Source: Chlorokybus atmophyticus (lineage: Eukaryota > Plantae > Mesostigma and Chlorokybus algae). Taken from it: DNA of 64,000 nucleotides. Where the stretch lies: the NCBI GenBank assembly GCA_009103225.1, contig RHPI01002069.1, positions 2,318,846 through 2,382,845 of the forward strand, read 5' to 3'. Under the pieces are notes generated by a model. That model saw nothing but the letters and a program-made list of their open reading frames with translations, was not told the origin of the DNA and ran no database searches. A program made the position numbers and the translations under genes. Of the stretch, positions 14,846-34,680 are shown piece after piece. Positions within the stretch are counted from its first letter, which is position 1, and every line of letters begins with the position of its first letter.

Positions 14846-17800
14846 TCAGCAACGCTCGAAGATTTTGTACAACGTCTCAAGGCACGCTACCTGCACCATA
14901 TCATCACACCATTAGCACTTACTCTCTGGTTGGCTTGCAGAAGTAGGGCCGCCAGCAATTGCACACAACTTGGCTATAAATCACAACAAGCAAGACACCT
15001 GTTCACACACCTGAATGGCACTGCCATCCGTTGCCATGCACGCAGGCGGTTTCACAAACAGCCGCATGGCCGGCAAGAGCACGTGTTCGATATTCCACTC
15101 ACGCTGCTGTTTCTCTTTCTCCGCACCATCACCACCATCACTAACATCACAATCATCCGCATGACAAGCATAGAGCGTGGCAATCGCACGCGCGACGCTT
15201 TCGAAACACGCCTTCTCCGAGTCCCAATCAACTTCATTCGTGAGAGCGAGCAGGAACTTTGGCAGGCCGTCGATGGCGGGGGTGTAGTGGTCCACAATGG
15301 CGGGGAGGGCCCGTAGTTGTGCGTCATCTGGGTTGATGTCGAGGGCAAAGTACTCCCGCAGCATGTCGGCTTTCTCTTTCAGAAGCTGCACGCTGACCCG
15401 TGTGACCTCATCTTTCGGCCCGTCCGATGAAGGCGAGTATCGACCCGCAGCCTCCTCCTCATCAAGAGCCATCTCTAGCAGCTCCCCGAGAGGAGCTGGC
15501 TCAGATAGACGTATGGCTGGGAAGCGTCCAAAGCGTCGAAGAGTGTTTTGATACATCAACTCCTGACTGTAGTGGAATGAAAGCACAATCAGCCAGAGTG
15601 ACACACTTCAGCTTCTGTCTATCAGAACTGTCAACATCTAAGTGCTTAGAAGAGGTACTAGGTGATTATACTCACCTCAGCTTGTTGACATTTACAAGGT
15701 AGAGCTTTGTGTTGTGCTGCAACAGAGCAAAAGTGGAGTCCGCCATGCCAACAAACTTGTGCTGCTGTACAAGTTCAACCAGGCCGGCATGCGCTCGCTT
15801 GTCAACCTCCTGTAGCAGCTCCTGAACGCTTGATAGCTCGCAGGTGTCGCCGGACTCTTGACGCCTCTGCCGGACGGACCTCCTGTATGGACCACGCCCA
15901 AACAAAGATGTTGATGTTCAGTACAAGTATCAAACCAACACACAGAGGGCAGGCTTCATACCGCATGCGTGCCATCTCGTCTTGCTCCTGATCAAGTGCT
16001 GTTGTCGGGCGAGCCATGTACGCTTTCATGTTGCCGTCTTTCGCATCCGTCCTGACTAGCTTGTGCTCGGGTGCTTTGCGCTGCGTGGGCTCACGCCTGC
16101 CAAGGTCTGCATAACCTGGACTGGCTTCCTCGGCATCAGGTGGGGTGTTGCCAGGGAGCAGAGTCTGCAGGCAATGTCACTTACTTCTCGAGTTGCATGC
16201 AGAAAATGCCAAAGAAGCAGCAACAGCTGCGCACACAAACAACATACAAAACGCGGCATGGCATGCAATGGTTCTTGCTTGCGAGCAGGAAATAGGCTGA
16301 CTGCAGGTTATGGATCTAGCATGTGATCTCATATGCAGTTGTTGCTGATTGATGCTGGGCACGCTATGTACAATCCACAGCAACCACCATGGACAGGGCG
16401 TACCCACCTGTGTGTAGAACGTCCGGCGTGTATTTGAGGCCAGCAGCCTCCCCTCAATGGCACGCTGTATCCGGTCAACGATGGACTCCTGATTCAAGAA
16501 GCTCACCTAGCAAGATGCAACACGCTGAGGTCAACACAACCATGATCATTGAACAGACATGCATAAAGCTTTGTCCAAAGCAGCACTTGCACCCACTATT
16601 GTACCAACAGAAGCCAAGGCTGCTACCTGCTTCTTGGTTGGATGCATGTTGACATCCACATCGGACGCCGGCAACTTGACTGATAGGAATATGAACGGCT
16701 TTGAGGCCTTTGGCAACACTGTGGCATACCCAGCCTCCAATGCTCTTTTCAGGGGTGTGCACTCGACAAGCCGCTCTGGAGCACGAGCATGGCAATTGGC
16801 AATCAGAGAAAGGCCAAGTACGCTTGGTAATGCCATAAATATTGGCGCACGCACGCAGAGTCTGTTGCTTCAGTGGTGATTGAGCGGCAAGCAATAGCAC
16901 AGAGCAACCAGAAACACACCATTGATGAAGAGTATGAAGTTGGTACGCTTTCCACTATAGTTGGCACTTGATATGAGCCCCTCTGCTTCAAACCGCCCTA
17001 CAGATTCATCGTCCTTTTCTCAATGTGTCAGTGCCAGTCTGCACATGAACTGACTGCGCCTGTACTAAAAGTGGAACCAGCAAAAAATACCTCCTTTGTT
17101 TTTATGGGGATTAGTTCCTTGGCAACAGATGGGCCGTATATGCTGCGGATGGCGTCTAAACGTGTGCCTTGGGCTTGCGTGTGAATGTCTGATCGAGTCT
17201 CCCCATGCTGTACAGCCCCATCCAGTCATGAACCCCGACAAGGCAACATGCACGACAACCGAGCCAAAACCAACCTTCTTGCATGAGAAGGACACGTGTG
17301 TGTTGTAAATGGCGTACTTCCCAACTGTATCCAGTATCAAGTTGTACTCTTCGGATGGGCTTTTCAGGGCACTGCGCCGCGTGATGACATTATAGAACAA
17401 GTCCTCAACCTGCGGACACGACAAACTTGAGTGACTTGATGCATGCAACTGAGCAACATCCACTGGACAAGTGAAGGTGTGATCATGGTGTGCATGCTAG
17501 TATCTGCTTCTACATACCGTTATGAGAGTGCCATTGACACCCGCGCATGGCCTGGCGCCAGGTTCTACCAGTTTACCATCTTTGTACAGTGCGCTGCAAA
17601 GACAATCCTGTGATAACACGACTGGGAACCAGATGTGCAAAACTAAGGGAGATGGCCACATGCATAGCATCACAAAAAGCATACCGCCAAGCATAGGGTG
17701 AGTTCGTTGTCATGGTGGTGACACTCAGGTGTGCCACGTATGAGATGGAACTCAGCGCCTCCCCGCGAAATCCCAACGTGCCTATGCAACGGAGGTCTTC

Positions 17801-18537
17801 AAACCCGCGCAGCTTTGATGTGGTATGCCTCTCACACAGGATCGGCATGTCGTCTTTCTAAAAGCAAACAGAACACTATCAGCTAGTTTGCCAATGTGTG
17901 GTTCCCAACCCCGACAGGCTACTCAGGCATATCTTGCAAGCACCCACATTTATTGCCACCTGTACACACAGCGCACGCAACCCACAAGACATGCGACGTC
18001 AAGCAACATTGAACAGACTTGTGGTTGCGCTCAAAGAGTATAGCTGACAGCCTGTGAAGCTGCATGAAGAAGTGTTGGATGCTAGCATCGCTGACACAAA
18101 CCTTAGAATGCAAGCTGTCAACCGCAATATTTTGAACCATGTGTACTGAATGCTGACGCAAGCACATATCGTTACGCATAAAGCAAGTATGCCCTGTACC
18201 CGGATGCCATGGCCATTGTCCTGGATCTGCAGCAGCTTCAACCCTCCGTCTTTGACAACTATGCTTATAGCCGTGGAGCCCGCGTCCAGGCTGTTCTCCA
18301 GCATTTCCTTCACAGCATTGCATGGCCTTATAATCACCTGCACATGTACAGAAACACGGAGGTGTTGGAAACTCCGTGCATTTGCATGAATGTGTCAAGA
18401 ACGTGCGCACAGTGGCATAACAAGCTTGCTAGGATTCAGCCATGACCATACAATGAAAGAAAAATGCCCACCTCTCCAGCTGCAATGCGGTTGACAACGG
18501 CCTCGTCCAGCCGCCTGATCTGCGGCGGCTCCTCCAT
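14846..18537 (-). CDS. MLH1: DNA mismatch repair protein MLH1 (MutL homolog), about 685 aa, 13 exons
   Basis: Exons 18537-18472, 18337-18200, 17857-17685, 17593-17518, 17409-17275, 17207-17091, 17013-16920, 16775-16627, 16506-16408, 16164-15962, 15882-15676, 15566-15011 and 14890-14846. Motifs [43 protein letters not shown], and the MLH1-diagnostic C-terminus YKIFERC*. Confidence 0.96.
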
Positions 18538-19124
18538 GGCCGCCGCCCTTCTCAACACTGTTGATTGCTTCTCAGCTCGTTAGCAGGCAGCGGACTAGTC
18601 AGTTACTGCCCATGTGGGCACTACCGCAGCGCATAAGCCAGACTCACGGAGAGACACATCCTCATCAAGCGTAGAGTCAAAGCTGGCAGGCAACACACAA
18701 GCAGAGACCGGCCGCCCAGGCCAGGGCAGCAGCCCAGGCCAAGCTTGGTTGCCAGCAAAGCCAGGCAAGAAGAAGCCACTAAAACCGCAGCTGCCAATCA
18801 GCAGTGCTCCGCCTTCCTCACGCTCCTGCCCCTGCCGTCGTCGTCGCCGTCGCTGTCGCCGGCGTGTGTGGCAGCGAAGCCGACGTGGCATGCCAATCCG
18901 AATTTTGGCGGGAAGAGTACTGCACCGGACAAAGCTCGGCAGCTGGCGGTCTCACTCAACAGCAACCCACCACTGCAAGCCACCACTTTGCAGCCGGTCA
19001 AACGACAGAGAAATACCGGCAGGCACTTCTGCACGTTAGGGTTTGTGCTGTGCGCACAAGCTGTGCTGCAGCGCACAAGCAGGCACAAACGCCATGGCCG
19101 GCGACACAGGCGGTGTCGGCAAGG
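18538..19124. promoter_or_regulatory. Shared divergent promoter region of MLH1 and PurD
   Basis: 587 bp between the two outward-facing ATGs; GC-rich, with CCAGGCCA repeats. Confidence 0.6.
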
Positions 19125-23030
<3,906 letters not shown>

Positions 23031-25049
23031 CTGTCATCACATCACCAGTTTTGGGGGTGGGGGTGTTGTTGGGTGTAGATAGACTTCGTGGTGGATGCAC
23101 ATGTGAGTTGCTGTCTGATGTCATGTGCACTTGCGGGTGTGCCATGCCGTGTTCAGTGCAAAGTGGGAGGTATTCTTTTGCGAGTGCGCGTGTCTTTGGC
23201 CTTGTGCTTGAGCAGATGCGTTTCTTAGCAGGTACATGTCACCCGCTTGCTGCACGTGACCCTAACATAATGTGTGGTGCATTGTGCGTGATGCTCAAGG
23301 TGTATAGCCCACATACAAATGAATTGCATTCCATATGTCCATGCTCAACACTCCACCCCTCACACTTACACTCGCGGATGCACACATGTCTACTCAAGGC
23401 CATGTGTGCGCATGCGTGTACATCAAATGCAGCACATGCATGTGTGACCATTGTGTGCATTGCACAAAGCGCGCAGTTGGGTTGTGTGCAAGTGCATTGA
23501 GATTCGTGTATTTGTAATTGCACGTGTTGGCAACTTTGTGTACACAGCATGTGCAGAGCACTCAACATGCAAGCTATTGTAGGAGTAACAAGTGTATAGG
23601 GTATGTGAAGTGCTGTGTGAGACACACGCATACATATGCCACATGCACACCAACACTCGCATGCACACTACCAATTCAGTTCATCAAGTTGTACACCATC
23701 ACTACCGGGCTAACCACTATCACTATGACACTACCGCCCGTCCCCGTCAGCCATGCATGCATGTTGACATGGTGTTACCTGCCCACAGGGCCGTTGTGTG
23801 GATAACCACACATGCCCTAACCTTGTTGTGATTACATTATATGCATGGGATAGCTAGCAGCTATGATAACCAATTGCAAGTAGAGGTAATAATAATTTGA
23901 TTCAGGCTTTGTATGAACTTGTAACATACAATAACTGCATATCGCACTTAACAATATATACATCACAGAGGATTATCAATGTACATGCGCCACAACTCTT
24001 TAATTGATGTTACTTCAAGTTGTGATTGGCTTATTGATATCACATGCACTAATAGCAATTGTCATATGATATTTGTTGTGATAGTCAATGTACGAATGGC
24101 ATGGTTGATATATAATCGAAATAATAAAGTACTTACACGATCATTGGTCAACCAAACAAACACTTATGCTGCTCACAATCACAACTGTTGTTATGCAAGC
24201 ATTAAGCACCGTGTATTTCATGCGGACAACGTCAAATTGCACATAAAAATCCTCAGACGCTTGAATACTTGTCTACCCTTGTATGGATTGATGCATTCCT
24301 TATCACATGTCTCGCTTACATAGAAAAGACTTTTCTCAATTGACGTGTAAGTACACCCAACCCTGACTAAATTGTAATGACAAGCTATATAAGCAAGTGC
24401 TATATGTGAAATAACATACATGCGTAATATAACACATGATAAAGCCACACACACGACACACATGCAACATGGCAATGCAACAATATAATACAAAATGCAC
24501 ACACATGGGGGCATATTACTAATACTGTGCATATTGCATTGACGATGTGCGCGAATGTGCACATAGCAATCCGTATAGCAGTTCTGTTAAAACACTACTT
24601 ACATGTTGGCTACATGCAGCAGTAATACCGTCATGACATTGTTGCTGCATGTTGGTATCAATACGTTGTAACCCTGAGTCCGCAACAGAACCACAATCAA
24701 AAAGATGTAGGCTACATGTACAAGTTAATAATACCGTACTGATAACATAATAGTAATATATACACAGCCCAGCCTATTGCCCCCTCATATTGTAATTGAT
24801 TCGTGCCTTGAGTTGCTGCTGAGAGTGCATGTGTGTAAGCATGTAATACACTGGAATGCGGATGGTGGTGCATGGCCAATGACGACTGGTGATTCACTAG
24901 TCGCAATGATGACCCCCAAACGCCACGTAAGCAGCGCACGCAGATTCATCTCCAAGACGGACCCGCCACTCACTGACTCACTCATTCACTCATTCATTCA
25001 CTCGTTCATCATCATCAGCCGGCAACGCCTCACGCAGAAAGGCAAAGAG

Positions 25050-25084
<35 letters not shown>
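25050..25084. repeat. (GA)n tract in the 5' leader of the small orphan gene
   Basis: Direct read of the AG repeat just upstream of ATG 25098. Confidence 0.85.
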
Positions 25085-25088
<4 letters not shown>

Positions 25089-25097
25089 ATTGCACAC

Positions 25098-26250
25098 ATG
25101 GACAGGTTTCAGAAGCTGCCGTTGGGGAAGAGGTTGGCTGTGCTTGGTGCCTTCAACGCCTCCGTCCTGGTCGTCTACCTCACCATCGTCGAGGTGGGGT
25201 TGCTTGATGACACACACGGCTGCCGGTTTTGTTCTCGAGTGTACGTATGTGCGCTTATGTCCGTTTGAGAAACTAAGCGTAAACATGGGATTGTTTTGTC
25301 TTCCGCTCAAACGTGTCACGCATTTCGTTTGGCGCATTGACCAGACCACGCCTTTACCTGGGGTGTGACATCGCACTCTGAATATGTAAACTACATATGC
25401 ATGGCAATAGCAGTACAGTTCCAGCCACGCTTGTGCATATGGCTGAAGTATGTAACCCGTGCATATGTACACATGCACATGGTCATTGTATCCATAACAT
25501 TCATGGCCCTTGTGTGCATGCGCGTGGGGCACATGGTTATTTACTGTTCGTATCAATATCAATACAGTCATGCCCAACATGTGTCAAATACTCACTGCAC
25601 GCCTCGTGTGGCACATGCTGTCCATGCAGTCATTGAGCATTTGTTGTTTATTTGCATGCAGCGGTCAAAGCTGCGAGGTGGTGACTTGGAGCGCGACGGT
25701 TACGCGTTCTCCAACATGTACAAGTGAGTGGTTGAGTTTGGTTTTCCTCAATGCACAACAGTGTTCGTGTTTGCTAGCGAGTGAGCAGCAAGAACAAATA
25801 TGTCGCGAGACGTGGTTTTGGCTCTGTGCCTCATGTCTCAGGTGGATGGGCACTCATCATCAGATCTACAGACAGATGAAGTCAGTACACACGCACGCAC
25901 ATACACACGCACACACACACTAGTGAGTGCATGCACTAAGTTGCTGGAGGGGAATGCTGCTGCTCATGGCGTGGACCTCCACTGTGAGAAACACCAGATT
26001 GCACAATGCATCAAACAGCTGCATATTGCTGCAACCCTTACATGCATTACTGTCTTTCTGAATTTGAGTAATTTCAACGCGCCTGCGTGGCTGTGTCATT
26101 GCACACTCACAACCCACACACAGGTCCCCCAAGCATGGCGAGGGTCCTGTAGATGCCGTCCAGGAGGCCAAGAAGCACCTTCATGAAGAGCAGGACAAGT
26201 CTCACCACCATCCACAGCACGCACAACAACAACAACAGCAACAACATTGA
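25098..26250 (+). CDS. Small single-pass membrane protein of unknown family, 107 aa, with a His/Gln-rich C-terminus
   Basis: Exons 25098-25193, 25662-25723, 25842-25880 and 26124-26250 have canonical GT-AG sites and compatible phases. Product MDRFQKLPLGKRLAVLGAFNASVLVVYLTIVE...KKHLHEEQDKSHHHPQHAQQQQQQQH. Confidence 0.7.
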
Positions 26251-26877
26251 TGCTGCCGTTTGACCCCAGCAGTCAACATGTGCACATGAGGAGGCTAGGT
26301 GTGCGTATGGATTCAATGTGTGTTGAATAGGGGAACTTGCCCTTGAGAGGATTACAGTTAGTTGTGCTGTGTATATGTGTGTATACGTGTAGATTGTGTT
26401 GTAAGAACAGAAAACAGAAACAGATGATGCAGTATGTTGGGTGAGAGGATTGCTGTTGAAACGCCGTTCCATGTGATATGCGCTCCAATGAGATCTGGAT
26501 AGAGGCAGCTTGAGGTGGGCATGTCCATGATGGGACGCACAAAGTACGCAATGAGATGTGCCTACAACGACAGCAGTAGCAACAGCAGCAGCAGCAGCAA
26601 CAACAACCATGTGTCGAGCACCAGACTTACTTCTTCACAAGCAAGGCGCTTGTGGCCTTTATTACACAAGAATGTATAGTATACTACAGTTTTTGGTCTC
26701 CTCCAAATCCCAACCCACACTCAGCCACATCACCAACAACTTGTCTCTCCTCACCCCCTCTCTACACGCGCAGCGCACGAATCAAATCCCCCACAAGGAA
26801 AAAGAATGCCCTAACTATTGTCTCTACGGTTGTACCTATCCTTGTTGGGTGGTGTTAATGCGGACATCTTCTCTCTC

Positions 26878-27686
26878 TCAGTGGAGTTCAAAAAGAGATG
26901 TGTCGAACTCGGGTGGGGGTGGTGGAGGTGGGGGTGGTGCGAGGAACTCAGGGTTGACCGTGTTGCTTTCGGGTGGGGGAGGGGGAGGGGGAGGTGGGGT
27001 CGCGGGCACGAAGGGGAGGTGCACATCGTCTGGAGCAGGAGAGAAAGGGACACAATGAGAGGGGAGTACTTGTGGAGTTGTGGGTAAGTGGGTATGTGCA
27101 TGTGGATGGGTAGGTGGGTATGTGGGTGGGTGGGTGGGTGGGTGCGTGGGTACAAGCGTAGCAATGGTACGAAGAGGGTGAGAACATGTGTGTATGTGTA
27201 CGTGTACGTGTACGTGTACGTGTACGTGGGTGTGGGTGGTGAGGTGAGGTGAGTGTTGTACCGGGAGGAGGAGGAGGCTTCTCCTTGGTGGTCAGGATAT
27301 CGTTGAGGACCCGTCTCGGAACTGATGCAGACACGGTCTCGGCTTCGTACACGCTGCTGGGGTGCAAACGGGACACGGCCGCCTTGGTTGCGTCCCAACT
27401 CCTGACATTCTGCAACACAGATGCAATTGAGTCAGTCAGTGAGACCAACAAACCAAACCAATGCGCCAGCATACACAACATGTGCACATACCTGCATGTT
27501 GGGCAGGGCGTATCCCCACGTGAGGCCGGTGACGAAGAAGGGGAGGAGGAACGCGGCGAGGATAACAGCGCGTCGCACGCGGGTTCTCCTCGTTGTGTTG
27601 ATGCTGTGGTTGTTGTCCAACACTGCTGCTGCTGCCTCCATGTTGCTGTCCACTGGCCTCACCTCAACCACAACCTCCCCACCCAT
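26878..27686 (-). CDS. Proline-rich single-pass membrane protein of unknown family, about 164 aa
   Basis: Exons 27686-27492, 27409-27262 and 27029-26878. The hydrophobic segment RRAVILAAFLLPFFVTGLTWGYAL is followed by poly-Pro runs (KPPPPP, TPPPPPPPPPE, APPPPPPPPPEF). Confidence 0.7.
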
Positions 27687-28070
27687 GCTGAGGCCCAGTG
27701 TGCGGTCACGGCCTCTCAAGCGTGTTAATCTGTGTGTAGCAGAGCAGGAGGTGGAGAAAGCCACGCAGAAGAGGGACAAACGCAGTGTGTTATATCACTA
27801 TGTATGTGTGCGTCGTGTGTGTCGCATGGAGTGTATGTGTCTGTGTCTTTGTCTCATAGGCTGGTTCGCCTCTGGTGCAGTGCTTCCAACCTCACGAGAG
27901 AAGGTTGTAGGCGTGTGTGTCGACGACACAATGTCGCTCCTCTCTATGCTGGTGTGCCTACACACACAGTATCACTCTTGGTGACACTCTCACTCACTCT
28001 CACAGACGCAAGACAATGCACTATTGGTTATGTTTGTTCGTGACACTGTGAAGCCTGGCTCGGGGGAGGT

Positions 28071-28418
28071 GTCACGTGACTTAAAAGCGGCGCCAACAAA
28101 CTCGCGGGCAGTTTTCCGCCTCAAATTTGGCGTTTTGTGCAGGGATTGATCCGCCACCACCGCCAATCAATGCAATCAGGCCTAGCTCAGGCCTAGCTCA
28201 GGCTGCATCGCACGGTGCAACAGTTGCCACTCTTACGCACACTCTCACACTCACTGGCCAGGATGCGACACGTGGCGTCCTGTCGGTTGAGGTTGAGTGT
28301 GTTTTTATATATCAAGCTTGCTACTGCCCTCCAAGTCACGTGACTCCCGCATCGCACGACTTGCGGAGTGGCGATGCATCGTGTGGCGTGAATGCAACAT
28401 ACGTTTGGGTCACGTGAT
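28071..28418. promoter_or_regulatory. Cluster of extended G-box/E-box palindromes GTCACGTGA(C/T)
   Basis: GTCACGTGAC at 28071 and 28335 and GTCACGTGAT at 28409, upstream of the proline-rich gene. The same 10-mer occurs at 13996, upstream of the EF-hand gene. Confidence 0.5.
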
Positions 28419-29157
28419 TGTTGGCACGAAAATAGGTGGCTGGCAGCCAGTTTGGCGGATCATCATCAGTTCACGTCTTAGGTGATAACGCTTGATCTTG
28501 CGCTGTGATTTACAACCTATCTGTTACAGCACTCACACAGCTTGTAGGTATTGCTCTCGTAATGCCATGATGGATCTGGCATGTATGGCACCTATAATAT
28601 GTAATCAATAAGGTTTATATATGTATATCAAAACCTTTGTGCCCCCGCTCCCCCCCTTCTCACCTCGCACCCCCCACTCTTACTTCGTTTACGCCACCCT
28701 CAAGGTGGATGTTGTGTCAGCAGCAATTGCACTTTGTCATTCACAATATTGTTTATACTCAATAACATTATAACCGCCATTTCATTCAATATCTATCGTA
28801 TATAACATGAAATTCGCATAACTCGCATTCACGTTAATGATGCATTGCTAAGTGCAACATCCTACTTGCGCACGTTAAGGTTCATGAAGTTACGATGCGT
28901 GGCATCAAGTTACAATACCACCCTCTTTCTTGGCCTCGTATGCTTCTATGCTCCAAGCTGTGATAAGCGTGCCATTATCCAAATGGGCACACATGCACAT
29001 TGTGAAAAATTGCCATACTTGTTCGACTTTCAAACAACATTACCCACCAATAATAAATGCGCGTATCATTACTTCGTATGATAATATCACCGCATGAGCA
29101 CAAGCATGTATCATGCATATAATATCGCGTAGCTTTCGCATTAACACTTCATATATA

Positions 29158-29346
29158 CTGTAGTGCCGCGAAATCTTCGTAAAAAGTTGCGGCACAACTA
29201 TTTAGTTTTTATTTCGGCAAAACGCCGCCTGATTATGTCAATCTAGTCAACAACCACAACAATGCATGATTGTAGGTGGCAAATGTTTAATACAAAAGTT
29301 GTAACCGACACTGTCGTTATTTTACAAAAATTTCGTGGCACTACAA
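29158..29346. mobile_element. Candidate Tc1/mariner-type MITE, 189 bp
   Basis: 26-bp terminal inverted repeat (29159-29184 vs 29320-29345, 23/26 identical, all mismatches transitions), flanked by TA on both sides if the outermost G has decayed to A. Confidence 0.65.
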
Positions 29347-30177
29347 TATTTCAAGGTATTGAAGTCTAATTACTAGTTAGGTTGTTTTGTTACATATCAA
29401 TTAGCACTGATAATTAACATACGTGATGATCATTAACATTGACATAGATCATATATATACAACCTCAAGCTTGAAGTTGTTCAAACATGTGTATAAGCAT
29501 GCGATTTAGTAAGTTACATGCTTACAAGATAAGATCGGATTAAACAATTCACTTACAGATGTTACAAACATATGATGTGTCTTATAAAATATAATCTCGT
29601 GTAGTGCGCCATAATCTTTATGAGTGTATGTTCTGCTATTGAGCCGCTTATAAAGATGCCAATGTGACAGCTTCAGAGATATATACTGTGTAACGTATCT
29701 CTCATGCGATGTCACATGTGCTTGATGTACTATTATATTGCAGTCATATTACAATTACATCGAGTGCCACCAAGCAGCTGAGTATGGAAGTCGCTTGGTA
29801 AAACTCAAAGCCTTTCGATTCATGCACGTACGGAAGGTAGGCTTGATGAGCCGCTCATGAGCTGGAACGGGCTGTTGGAATCTGCCAAGATTCTGGGATT
29901 CCATGCATGTCTCTTCACTAGAGTGCGGGACATTCTGGGTATCGAGCACTTCGCCTTGCGTAACGCTTACGTAATCCACGGTACCAGACGTATCGCAGCA
30001 GAAAACCATTACTACGTCCTCCAAAGTTCCAAACCCCAAAATACAACGGAACCGCTAGCAGGCTCAACATAACCGAGTACCTCTAAAGGTTTGCTGGAAA
30101 AGTGGCAAAACTTGAGTCAAATTGTGCCTCTATCACAAACCCTCGGAATACAGTATATCAAGCTGCGGTGCGGCAGC

Positions 30178-33335
<3,158 letters not shown>

Positions 33336-34328
33336 ATACGTGGAGGTTTACTTAGTTGGCCTCAAGGTCTTCACTTGGAGGCAATAGCGCTCTGGCAGCA
33401 GCTGCTTAGCTGAGTGTGAATAACCATCATGCTGCTCGAGTAGATCATAGTTCGATATATGGATGGTTTGCTGCTTCACAAGTTGACGGTTGGCTTGTGC
33501 AGTGTGATGAAAATGTCACAAGTTGAGCTGTCATCAAATTAAGGTTGTTGGCAGGTAGTCAACCAAACTGCAAGTTAACTTGGGCTGACTTTGATTGTGC
33601 TGCTGCTCTGCTCGGGATTGAAATAGTGCAGCTCTGTAGCAATGATGCACCAACATAATTGACTGTCCCATTCATCGGTTATTGCCAAAACAAGCCTGGC
33701 ACATCATAATTGCATATCATTGCCTGGGTGCGGATGCATGCGGTTGCATATTCTGAAGTCAGGCTACATTAGCAACTAATTGCAGGCACTGTTATGTGGA
33801 GTACACCTGTAAATGTGTAGCAGGTGTATGCAGTCACCACTTGCCCTGCTCTTGTGAATGATGAGCATGCGAGTGTCGGTAACAGCGCTAGCATAGCAGA
33901 TCGCGTGTTCGACTGAGCTTAACCATGCCTGACATTGGCCATTGCCAGAGACGAGTTGGGGGGGGAAGGGGAAGAGGAGGGGGTAGGAGATAACGATTGC
34001 TTTATATTGGCTTTTTGCGCATCAACTTAGATACCAAGATACCACTGTAGCATCATACCGTGTGATGCATACGTGAGTGCTGACGAGTTCAAGGGATTTT
34101 TACTTTCATCTAGTTAACAAATTAACATGCAAAAGTCTTTCGCAGCATATGGTCTCCAATTCACAATTGCGGCAAGTACGAGACTAACCTGAATGCATGG
34201 AGACAGCCGAAAACAAATGAATCATAAATGCTAATGGTAACAAATTAAATTGGCGAGTTTTTTTGTTTAAGGCATACTTGAGGACCAGATACTGATCAAG
34301 AGCATTTCATATCGAACAAGGGTAGGAG

Positions 34329-34568
34329 TTACACTTCTCTATGATGGTTGATAGAGACTCTATCAACCACATGTTTGGTTACATCAAGCTCTTGAACATC
34401 AGGATAAATGTGATCCTTATACCGGGGGAAGTCTGTAGTGCCCGTTGCGTATGCGGCGGCCCTCTCTACTTGCCACGGCGGCACTGCACTGCACAGCACT
34501 TCCCGCCAATAACCGACAACCGCCCCTGCCGCTGCCGCCGCTGCCGCCGCCGTCGTCGTCGTTGTCAT
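34329..34568 (-). CDS. Candidate intronless 79-aa orphan ORF, divergent from TXNDC9
   Basis: Open frame MTTTTTAAAAAAAAGAVVGYWREVLCSAVPPWQVERAAAYATGTTDFPRYKDHIYPDVQELDVTKHVVDRVSINHHREV; no homolog recognised. Confidence 0.3.
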   Translation of the reverse strand: MTTTTTAAAAAAAAGAVVGYWREVLCSAVPPWQVERAAAYATGTTDFPRYKDHIYPDVQELDVTKHVVDRVSINHHREV

Positions 34569-34680
34569 CGTCGTCGTCGTTGTCGTAGTCAAGGAAGGTT
34601 CAGGTTGGAAAAGGTTGCTAGGACCAAGAGTCAGGGCGGCACTACAACCCCATCAGAGTGGCTCAAGCACCATCGCCGCT

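Noticed and set aside
29339-29352. CACTACAATATTTC as the left end of a second CACTA
   Set aside because: It is better explained as the right TIR of the 189-bp MITE, since the inverted repeat lies on the other side.
34255-34280. ATGCCTTAAAC on the minus strand, resembling the U12 snRNA 5' end
   Set aside because: The following conserved AUGAGUAAGGA segment is absent.
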